Source: a bacterium (GTDB lineage Bacteria; Electryoneota; Electryoneia; Electryoneales; Electryoneaceae). From it: 64,000 nucleotides of DNA. Positions 1 through 8,069 of this stretch are shown here, in pieces. Each line of letters starts with the position of its first letter. Positions within the stretch are counted from its first letter, which is position 1. A program made the position numbers and the translations under genes. Below the pieces are notes generated by a model. The model ran no database searches. It was not told the origin of the DNA and saw only the letters and a program-made list of their open reading frames with translations. Location: the NCBI GenBank assembly GCA_963675295.2, contig CAXXKJ010000002.1:1056001-1120000 (forward strand). The letters are read 5' to 3'.

Positions 1-492
1 CCCCAGATACAATGGTTTCACAACAACGCACTGATCAGTATAAAACGTCCCCAAGGTCGAATCCCACCCCCCGAGAGAACCTACGCGAATTGGATATTCT
101 GTGTTACCATGAAGAGAAAGCAGGATTGGATACCCACCTTGATGTGTAGGCGCACCGGCTCTTGGGTACCGAACAAACGCGTAGTGCAATCTCGAGGCGT
201 TGTTGTACTCGATGGAATGCCGGATCACATCAACTCTGTATTTCCTTCCTGTCCCATCTGTAGGATTGCAAAATCCTCCTTCAGTCTCGACGGCAAATCC
301 TGAACAGGTATTTGTCGGGAGGGCGAGCCGATGGTTGATCAAGGCATCGATTTCGGCTTGTGTCGGTGAATGGTTCAAGATGTCATACGGCGGATACATG
401 TCTGGTTCCCAATACCGGCCAAACCCATTGACATGTCCTCGTGGTCCGAAAAAACCACCAGCAAAGCGTCCGGGTTGGTTTGGCAGTATCAT
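1..492 (-). CDS. Partial (runs off the left edge) putative alpha/beta-hydrolase-fold protein
   Basis: Not in the ORF track. Manual translation from ATG at 492 is open to position 1 (MILPNQPG...YAFVRYP...YPILLSLHGN...CVVVKPLYLG). The start overlaps the upstream stop as ATGA. PILLSLHG resembles the hydrolase oxyanion-strand motif. Confidence 0.55.
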   Translation of the reverse strand, partial: MILPNQPGRFAGGFFGPRGHVNGFGRYWEPDMYPPYDILNHSPTQAEIDALINHRLALPTNTCSGFAVETEGGFCNPTDGTGRKYRVDVIRHSIEYNNASRLHYAFVRYPRAGAPTHQGGYPILLSLHGNTEYPIRVGSLGGWDSTLGTFYTDQCVVVKPLYLG

Positions 493-1034
493 GTGTTCGG
501 GAACCTCGTATAAAATACACGCAGTCTGAACTTGATTTTCACATAACCGGGAGGCTCAGGTATGGACGTTGGTCCATACGCATCCATTTTCAACGAAATG
601 CCATCAACATCTGAAACTGTATCCCGGAAAAGTGGGGTTGCAGAAGGTGTCTGCGGATTTACAAAGTAGATGTAATAGATGTTTCCTGTATCGAGCATGG
701 ATGGTGATATGCTTTGCAGCATGGCGTAATCCGGCAAACTCACATCTTTTGGAGCTGATGCAGCATTCAAGTCGACATAGACAGGAAGGTAACCTCCTGT
801 ACCAGGGTCTTCAGGATCACCATTTTCATCGAGAACGATGGGTCGCCACCCGAGGCTGATGTTTGAAAAGCTCTCATAACCATCCACATCCACAACCTCA
901 AGGACACCACTCATGTAACCAACGGAATTCAGCATATAGATCTCCGTATCGTTGGTACTTACATAGGTGTGTCCGCCTTGGGTAAGAGTAATTTCTAAAA
1001 GGACTGGGCCGGAGTCGGCTGTTTTGATTGGCAT
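489..1034 (-). CDS. Hypothetical protein (181 aa), low GC
   Basis: ATG at 1034 preceded by GAGAGGG; translationally coupled to the downstream ORF; no family recognised. Confidence 0.65.
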   Translation of the reverse strand: MPIKTADSGPVLLEITLTQGGHTYVSTNDTEIYMLNSVGYMSGVLEVVDVDGYESFSNISLGWRPIVLDENGDPEDPGTGGYLPVYVDLNAASAPKDVSLPDYAMLQSISPSMLDTGNIYYIYFVNPQTPSATPLFRDTVSDVDGISLKMDAYGPTSIPEPPGYVKIKFRLRVFYTRFPNT

Positions 1035-1094
1035 GATTTTCCCTCTCTCTAGTTTCTGTTTAAAAAGATTCCACAAACTCACGATACGCTCTTG

Positions 1095-1105
1095 CCCCCC
1101 CCCCC
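1095..1105. repeat. C11 homopolymer in a divergent promoter region
   Basis: 11 consecutive C between the divergent starts at 1034 and 1157. Confidence 0.85.
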
Positions 1106-1156
1106 TTCGCAAGTCGTAAACTCCAAGAGCTGAGAGACAAAGCATACCGTAAAGAC

Positions 1157-2758
1157 ATGAGGTTTATCATGAACGTGTTAAAATACAAGTGCTTACATAT
1201 CGTAGTATGTTTGCTACTTGGAGTGCTTATAGCCATACCCTCTAATGGCCAACCAGAGGTAGTATGGCAAAGACTACTCGACTATACGTACTCCGGTTCG
1301 CTTATTGAACTTCCGAACGGCGATTTGCTACTCGGTGCTGATTATCTTGATGAACCCAATGGTATAGGCTTGGTAAGAATGAGTTCAGATGGAACTATCC
1401 TTGAGGAGTACGATTTTGATAATCCTGAGTACATCGCTTCAAATTTTGAACTCATATCGCATAATAATTTGCTGACATCGCTACGATACGAGTCCGGCCA
1501 ATATTGTAGCTTTGGCGTTTTGGATCATGAAGCGACTCTTTTGTTCGAATCTGATCTGATACTGGGAAATGGACGAACAACACCCGATGGATATGGAGGA
1601 TTTGTTACAGGTTCCCGTTACGACGAGATTCAAGACAGTAGCACTGCAATAATAACCAAAAGCGATTCAGTTGGTCATATTGAATGGTCTTTGGATTATA
1701 CAGATATGTTTTTAAGCCTAGATAATGTTTCTGTAAGTGTTAATAGTAATATATACGCTCCTATAAGCTTGAGTGGTTATGATATTATGGGAGAACTATT
1801 TATAAAAATAATTAGCGGGGAGGGATACGAAATTAGTAGTATTGTTTTTGGTCCTGTAGATGGTTTGCTTAACCCACATAACTCCTATTTCTTACCTGAC
1901 GGTAACTTATATCTTATGGGAAAATTTGATCTATATGTAGACCAATCATATAAATCAATAATATTGTCTCCAGATGGTGATTTGCTGGAAACACTCAGCG
2001 ATTATGAGGTAAATTCAGTTCACAATGAAATCCATACAATGCCGGACGGCGGTTATTTATCTTTCAAAGGAATTCCAGAAGGAGGTATGCACGAATATGT
2101 TCATACGTTGCGATTGCGACGATTTGATGCGTCGTGGAATCTGTTATGGAGCTATGATTACGAGAACAATCAATTCAACTACGATGAATTCTTTCAGGTA
2201 ACTCCTGTGGTTACGAGTGAAGGCGAAATCGTTCTCTTTGGCCACTTTCTGGTCTTCGATCCCTGGCCGGATGTCGAGGTCGGGACTTTCATCACGAAGC
2301 TAAGCAGTGTCCCAACCGACTTGGAAATCGACATCTCACCTATCAGCAATGTTCACGGTGTCCCAGCGCCGGGACGTATCAACTGGCATGGCGCATTGAC
2401 CAACAATACAGATGCGGATATTGTCACCGACGTGTGGGTGATTGTGCGCGGACCGGACGGATATCCCAGCGAACCGTTGCGAGTGTGGGAGGACATCACC
2501 GTTCCGGCGAACGGCTTTTACGAAGCCGATTTACAGCAGAATGTCCCGGCGGACGCGGCCTCCGGTGAGTACAACTACATCCTCCGCGCGGGGACGTACG
2601 AGCCCGGCGATCCGCAACACACCATCCAAGCATATTTCCCGTTGACCGTCACTGGTGGCACCGAGGTCAACCTCGACCCGCCACGGACTCGCGGAGTTGT
2701 CGCCGCGCCATTCGAGAGACCAAAAATGGTTGAGCTTGCACCGGAGCTGAAGAAGTAG
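1157..2758 (+). CDS. Secreted beta-propeller-like protein with C-terminal Ig-like module, no T9SS CTD
   Basis: Signal peptide; repeated 'S.DG..L/W' blade-like motifs; C-terminal module DVWVIVRGPDG...VPADAASGEYNY shared with other genes in the window. Confidence 0.75.
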   Translation: MRFIMNVLKYKCLHIVVCLLLGVLIAIPSNGQPEVVWQRLLDYTYSGSLIELPNGDLLLGADYLDEPNGIGLVRMSSDGTILEEYDFDNPEYIASNFELISHNNLLTSLRYESGQYCSFGVLDHEATLLFESDLILGNGRTTPDGYGGFVTGSRYDEIQDSSTAIITKSDSVGHIEWSLDYTDMFLSLDNVSVSVNSNIYAPISLSGYDIMGELFIKIISGEGYEISSIVFGPVDGLLNPHNSYFLPDGNLYLMGKFDLYVDQSYKSIILSPDGDLLETLSDYEVNSVHNEIHTMPDGGYLSFKGIPEGGMHEYVHTLRLRRFDASWNLLWSYDYENNQFNYDEFFQVTPVVTSEGEIVLFGHFLVFDPWPDVEVGTFITKLSSVPTDLEIDISPISNVHGVPAPGRINWHGALTNNTDADIVTDVWVIVRGPDGYPSEPLRVWEDITVPANGFYEADLQQNVPADAASGEYNYILRAGTYEPGDPQHTIQAYFPLTVTGGTEVNLDPPRTRGVVAAPFERPKMVELAPELKK

Positions 2759-2840
2759 GGACGGACAGTCCTGAGTCTTGAGTCCTGAGTCCTGAGAAAA
2801 AGACGACGGACGCGAGATTCGAGATATGAGATGTGAGATA

Positions 2841-2868
2841 AGCGGGGAGCCTTTTGGCTCCCCGTTTT
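2841..2868. terminator. Intrinsic terminator between convergent genes
   Basis: CGGGGAGCC-TTTT-GGCTCCCCG followed by TTTT. Confidence 0.7.
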
Positions 2869-2885
2869 GTATGAATATGTGCGGA

Positions 2886-3359
2886 CTACGGCAACACCGT
2901 CACCTGCGACACGATGTCCTGCAGCTTGGTCAGCATCTGCAGGTAGCGGTGGTAGTAGATGCGTGAGACGGCGCTGACGATATCGAACCCAACCGTCTTG
3001 TTTTCCTCGAGCAGTTGCAGCAAAGGTTTCGCCTCGATCGCCATCACGCGGCAGCCGGAGATGCAGCGTGCTTCCGCCGTGTAATGCGAATGGTTCATCA
3101 ACGCCGACAGGCCGAAAATCTCGTTCCGGATCACCCGTGCGAAGGCGAGGTTGAGTTCCTGGCCACGGTCGGGCAGCATCAGGTGGACAGTGCCCTCCAT
3201 CAGCATGTAAATGTGCGAGCACTTGTCCTGCAGTTTGAAGACGGAATCGCCTTTGGCGTAGTCGACGATGTGGCTGAATTTGTCGAGTTGTTTGATTTCA
3301 TCCACGTTGAGTCTGGCAAACAGGTCATGCCGGTGCAGTCCGTTTGTCGTCGCATCCAT
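2886..3359 (-). CDS. Cyclic-nucleotide-binding (Crp/Fnr N-terminal) domain protein without HTH
   Basis: LF..L...E...L, Y.KGD.VF, IY.L.EG.V.L, FGLSAL, YTAEA pattern; AGGAG RBS. Confidence 0.85.
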   Translation of the reverse strand: MDATTNGLHRHDLFARLNVDEIKQLDKFSHIVDYAKGDSVFKLQDKCSHIYMLMEGTVHLMLPDRGQELNLAFARVIRNEIFGLSALMNHSHYTAEARCISGCRVMAIEAKPLLQLLEENKTVGFDIVSAVSRIYYHRYLQMLTKLQDIVSQVTVLP

Positions 3360-3781
3360 GAGTCACTCCTTTCCATGTGGGGGGAATGAAGTTCTCCTCT
3401 ATATGCACGAGCCGGTTCCGGGTACGTGTGGCTGGTGTCCGGCTCGATAGCGGACGCGTCGCGGGGGGCGTGGATACACGCGCGGTGGTTGGGGGAAAGT
3501 TAGTCTAAACAAATATACGGCGAAATCAGCGTGACGACGAAATTTTCCGGCCTGCTGATTTTCGCATCTGACTCCGGGAGGGGTGAGGAACGACGGTAAA
3601 CGGTAATCGGTACTTGGTGATCGGTAACAGCCCGGCGTGGAGCAAATTCCGTGGGGATGATCTGCCGGCCCTGAACGCCGAGCTGAAAAAGTAGGGAAAG
3701 ACAGTCTTGAGTCTTGAGGAAAAGAAGGGCTGCGCTGATAGATCGACGCAGCCCATTTCTATTGTCCAGAATCGATCATGC

Positions 3782-4036
3782 CTATACAAATTCCTGGTGG
3801 CTTTTAATCAGGGTACTCACCGGATCAACTTGCCTCGATTCATCATTTGTAAGTTTGTATTTCTCTTTAACGGCCTTGCCAATGGTTCGGTTTACGGTAC
3901 CAACACCGTGTTCCTCAACAGCGTGCAGATATTCTTGCATCAATTCACGATCGTTTTGGATGATCAGAAAGATTTCGTCTGTAATCCGCTTGTCCAATTT
4001 TGCGAATGCTCTTTCACCAATCTGTTCCGGAGTCAT
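3782..4036 (-). CDS. Small hypothetical protein (84 aa)
   Basis: AAGGAG RBS, plausible composition, hairpin downstream at about 3727-3754. Confidence 0.7.
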   Translation of the reverse strand: MTPEQIGERAFAKLDKRITDEIFLIIQNDRELMQEYLHAVEEHGVGTVNRTIGKAVKEKYKLTNDESRQVDPVSTLIKSHQEFV

Positions 4037-4118
4037 GATTTTCTCTCCTTTTGTGTTGAACTACGAACTAGCCAGATGAGACAGCTGAGTCTCACAGTAC
4101 CAGTATAGTACGTGACAT

Positions 4119-6290
4119 TCACAACGCCGACGTCACAAACCACGTCGCCTTGAGGCGAATGGTACGGTCGCCGGGGCGGGCGTTGAAAACGTCGGACTCG
4201 TCCCGGTTCTCGCCGTAGACCACGTAGAACCAACTTCCCGGGTGCCAGTTCCAGGCGAAGACGACGTTCGCCAGCAGTTGCTGCGCGTCGTCGTTGGAAT
4301 TGTCGACATACTGTAGCGTTCCGCGGATGGAGGTGTTCAGCACCGGCGACCAGTCGACGCCGAAACGCCAGACGCGGAAGTCGGTTTCGGATCCGTTCGC
4401 GATGTCGTACACCTGCCACACGTGCGACCAGCGCAGCGCGACGCTGAAGGTGAGGTTGTTGCGTGGCGTGAGATAGAGGTCGGGGTTGACGTAGACACGT
4501 TGCCCGTCCCTCAGGCTCTGATGCGCGGCTTCGAGGTAACCGTGCAGCGGTTTCCGGTAGTCGGATTCGACCCACGCGTTGTAGGACCATGAGTCGTACC
4601 GTTCGGTGACATAGTCGCCGAAATTGTCGGTCAGGATCATGCGGTCGGTGGTTTCGTCTTCGTCGAGGTAGTTGCGGCGGACCGTGTCGCCATAGTAGCC
4701 AAACACGCCCCAGCCCCACGTGTTGCGCAGGTGGGTGGCGTAGCCGAGCGTGGCGGTGCCGAAGCCGTACCGTGTGTCCTGATGCGACTCCTGGTACAGG
4801 TTGAGGTAGAACCGGTAGTTCTCGATCACGCCGTCCCGGGGGAACCAGCGCCGCTGCAGGCGTGCCCAGTTCCAGATCTGGTCGGAATAGCGTCCCCAGC
4901 CGAGATGATTGATCATGAAGTCGCGCCCGCGGAAGCCGGCCTCGTAGTTCATTTCCACCTGCCACGGACCCTCGACGAACGTTTCGCTTTCCACGCTCAC
5001 CGGCTGCTCATCCCAGCCCGGTACATCCGACACCGCGCCGATTAGCACCGTTTCGTTGCGCCGGCCCCAACGTAAGGTGGCGTCAAACGCTGCAGCGGAC
5101 ACGTTCTCGCCGTCCACATGCTGATGCGTGACCGTCCCGCCGAGGGTGTTGCGGTCCGAAACGCTCCACAGCGCCCGCGCGGCGAAATCGTCTTCGCGTT
5201 GCCCATCCTCGTTGAGGTTGCTGGCGTAAAGGCCGCTGGCTCGTACGGTGGGTTCCTGGCCGGTGACCCGGACACCATACACCGGATCGGCGATACGGCG
5301 GGTGTACACCAGTTGGATCGGCTGCTGCTGGAACAGGTCGAGTCCTTCGAGGAAAAACGGACGTTTCTCCGACAGAAAGACCGGATAGTCGGAGAGGTTG
5401 ATCACGATATCGTCGACATCCACCTGCGCGAAATCGGGCTGGTACGTTGCGTCCACCGACCACGACGGGTTGAGCACGATTTTCCCGGTGATCCCGACGT
5501 TGTCCCAGTCGTTTTCCGACCGCCACTCGTCAGCGGGGGAATCATCCCATCGCGCGACGGCGTGCGGGATCAGCTCGACGTGTGATGAGCCGGGAATGCC
5601 GGTCAGTCCGGTGACAGGAAGGAAACCGTCAATGCGGATCTGTGCGCGGCGGTCGAACGCCGGCAAGGTGGACCATTCCTGCGCGCGGTGGACGAAGCGT
5701 TCGAAGACCACGGTCCACGGTTTCCGTTCCGGGTCGCCGTGCCGGAAGGTGTCGAACGGGATCTCGAGCAACGCCTGCCAGCCGGTTTCGGTTTTCGCCA
5801 CCGATGAGCTCCAGACACCATCCCAGTTGCTGTCGCTGCTGTTGACGTTGGACATGGTCGCGTCGGTCTGAACGTTTCCCGCCGTAACCCGGAACCAGTA
5901 GCCGTTTTTGGCGTCGCCGAACGGGCTGATGCCGAAGGTGACGAAGTCGCTGCGGGAGGACCGGTCACGGCGTTGCAGGAGATGCGCGACGCTGTCCGGG
6001 TCGGGGTCGTCGCAAATGAAGAGCACATACAGCTTATCACTGTCATACCGCAGCCAGACACGGGTCGGGAAACGCGAAGATTGACCGTCGAACGGCTCGA
6101 TCTGGATAAAGGTGGCGGCTGTGGGCGGCGTGTTCAGCCATGCGGAATCGTGGTCGACCGGCAGAGTTGGCGCGGAGCCGTCCGGGACACGTTCCGCAGA
6201 CAGGGTGCCGTGAGACAGTTGCGCGGCAGCAGGAACCGTGACTACCGGGATCAGGGTCAACAGAGCGAGCAGGAACGTCAGACGATACAT
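4119..6290 (-). CDS. CBM9-like / DUF5916 family outer-membrane-associated protein
   Basis: Signal peptide from MYRLT; YDSDKLYV, WDGVW.S, EIPF, PDFAQVD.D...NLS.Y...EKRPFFLEG, YTRRI motifs. Confidence 0.85.
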   Translation of the reverse strand: MYRLTFLLALLTLIPVVTVPAAAQLSHGTLSAERVPDGSAPTLPVDHDSAWLNTPPTAATFIQIEPFDGQSSRFPTRVWLRYDSDKLYVLFICDDPDPDSVAHLLQRRDRSSRSDFVTFGISPFGDAKNGYWFRVTAGNVQTDATMSNVNSSDSNWDGVWSSSVAKTETGWQALLEIPFDTFRHGDPERKPWTVVFERFVHRAQEWSTLPAFDRRAQIRIDGFLPVTGLTGIPGSSHVELIPHAVARWDDSPADEWRSENDWDNVGITGKIVLNPSWSVDATYQPDFAQVDVDDIVINLSDYPVFLSEKRPFFLEGLDLFQQQPIQLVYTRRIADPVYGVRVTGQEPTVRASGLYASNLNEDGQREDDFAARALWSVSDRNTLGGTVTHQHVDGENVSAAAFDATLRWGRRNETVLIGAVSDVPGWDEQPVSVESETFVEGPWQVEMNYEAGFRGRDFMINHLGWGRYSDQIWNWARLQRRWFPRDGVIENYRFYLNLYQESHQDTRYGFGTATLGYATHLRNTWGWGVFGYYGDTVRRNYLDEDETTDRMILTDNFGDYVTERYDSWSYNAWVESDYRKPLHGYLEAAHQSLRDGQRVYVNPDLYLTPRNNLTFSVALRWSHVWQVYDIANGSETDFRVWRFGVDWSPVLNTSIRGTLQYVDNSNDDAQQLLANVVFAWNWHPGSWFYVVYGENRDESDVFNARPGDRTIRLKATWFVTSAL

Positions 6291-6706
6291 GGGAATCCGA
6301 AAGTGGCGGCGACTCGAGTATCGCGGAATATAGCGTTCCGCCTGTCGCGTTTGAGGGACCCAGGGGAGCACGACCTCGCGGGGCGGAATGGGGCAGCCTG
6401 GAAATGTTGAGCAACCTTTCACAAGGCTTCCCGAAACATGGAGAGCCACAACGTTGTGCGACCGTATTCCCAAGCCGCCCGGAGCTACTGGCTTGCATTT
6501 TCGCTAGTTATCGTTATTTTAGAGTATTAACAGTATCAGACCTCTCGATCTAGAATTATCATGGAGTTACCTGTCGGATATAATTCTAACTCTAGTATAA
6601 ATTTTAGAAGAAACGTTCGTTTTCCTGTTTTTTACTCCAACTTGTGATAGACGTAACATAAACTGAGCAAGCAGGGGATCCTTGTTGGTTAAACATGGGT
6701 CCACCC

Positions 6707-8031
6707 CACAGCTGTCCCATTGAGCGATTAGTGAATCATCTGTAAGCGTTGTGGTTGTTGGGTTTGAGGGGTGTTGTTTTTGAAATCGATTTGAACTTGG
6801 TGTTTGAGTGCATGTTTTCACCTTCAGCGTCGATTCGCGAGGTGGAAGATGCACACGGGCCGGATGGTGTTTTCTCAGTTGATGGACGTGGTGTCCATGC
6901 AGGATTTTCGCAGTTGTGTCGTCCGGTACGGCGGCGAGTGGCGGGTGCGGCGTTTTTCCTGCTGGGATCAGTTTCTCTGCATGGTTTTTGCGCAGCTGAC
7001 GCACCGGGAGAGCCTGCGTGACATCGAACTGTCGCTTCGAGCGGTTCAACGCAACCTGTACCACGCCGGGATTCGTGCGCGGGTGGCACGCAACACGCTG
7101 GCCAATGCCAACCGCCATCGGGACTGGCGCATCTGGCAGGACCTGGCGCTGGGCCTGATTGACCAGGCACGGGCGCTGTATGCCGGCGATCCGCTGGCCG
7201 TAGACTTGGCGGGCACGGTTTACGCGTTCGATTCGACGATGATCGACCTCTGTCTAACGCTGTTCCCGTGGGCGCCATTCGAACGCAGCCGCGGCGCGGT
7301 GAAGTTGCACACCATGCTGGATTTACGCGGAAATATCCCCACGATGTGCGTCATCACCCACGGGCGGGTGCACGACGTCACCGTGCTCGACTGGATCCCG
7401 TTCGAACCAGGCGCGATCTATGTGCTCGACCGCGGCTACGTCAGCTACGCACGCCTCTGGCGCATCCAGCAGGCAAGAGCGGGCTTTGTCATCCGCGCGC
7501 AGCGAAACCTGAAAGCGACCGTCGTCGCAACGCATCCGGTGGATTCGGCAACAGGTGTACTCGAGGATCAGACAATCGTGCTGGCGATCCCCCACAGCCG
7601 AAGCCGCTATCCGGATCAACTGCGGCGTATCTGCTATCATGACCGTGAAAACGACCGCACCCTGACCTACCTCAGCAACCTTTTCACACTGCCGGCACGA
7701 ACCATCGCCGATCTCTACCGGGAACGCTGGCAGATCGAATGCTTCTTCAAATGGATCAAGCAACATTTGCGCATCAAACGCTTCTACGGGACCAACAAGA
7801 ATGCCGTCAAAACACAAATCTGGATCGCCATCACCACCTATCTGCTCGTCGCGATCCTCAAAAAACAGCTCCAACTCGAACCCAGTCCCTACCAGATTCT
7901 GCAAATTCTGGGCATCTCTCTCTTCGAACGCGTGCCTATAAAACAACTATTTAGCAACAAGCACGCGACCCTGTTTACCGACCACGATTCCAACCAGTTG
8001 AGTTTCCTCAACTTTTAATGGGACAGCTGTG
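6707..8031 (+). mobile_element. IS4-family insertion sequence, 1325 bp
   Basis: Perfect 15-bp terminal inverted repeats CACAGCTGTCCCATT / AATGGGACAGCTGTG; direct target duplication GGTCCACCC at 6698-6706 and 8032-8040 (an 11-bp register is also possible). Confidence 0.93.
6849..8018 (+). CDS. IS4-family DDE transposase (DUF4372 N-terminus)
   Basis: FAQLTHRESLRDI, DSTMIDL, DRGY, and YRERWQIECFFKWIKQ (YREK motif). Confidence 0.95.
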   Translation: MHTGRMVFSQLMDVVSMQDFRSCVVRYGGEWRVRRFSCWDQFLCMVFAQLTHRESLRDIELSLRAVQRNLYHAGIRARVARNTLANANRHRDWRIWQDLALGLIDQARALYAGDPLAVDLAGTVYAFDSTMIDLCLTLFPWAPFERSRGAVKLHTMLDLRGNIPTMCVITHGRVHDVTVLDWIPFEPGAIYVLDRGYVSYARLWRIQQARAGFVIRAQRNLKATVVATHPVDSATGVLEDQTIVLAIPHSRSRYPDQLRRICYHDRENDRTLTYLSNLFTLPARTIADLYRERWQIECFFKWIKQHLRIKRFYGTNKNAVKTQIWIAITTYLLVAILKKQLQLEPSPYQILQILGISLFERVPIKQLFSNKHATLFTDHDSNQLSFLNF

Positions 8032-8069
8032 GGTCCACCCCCCGTTTTTTCTTGATCAGGAGAGAAGTC

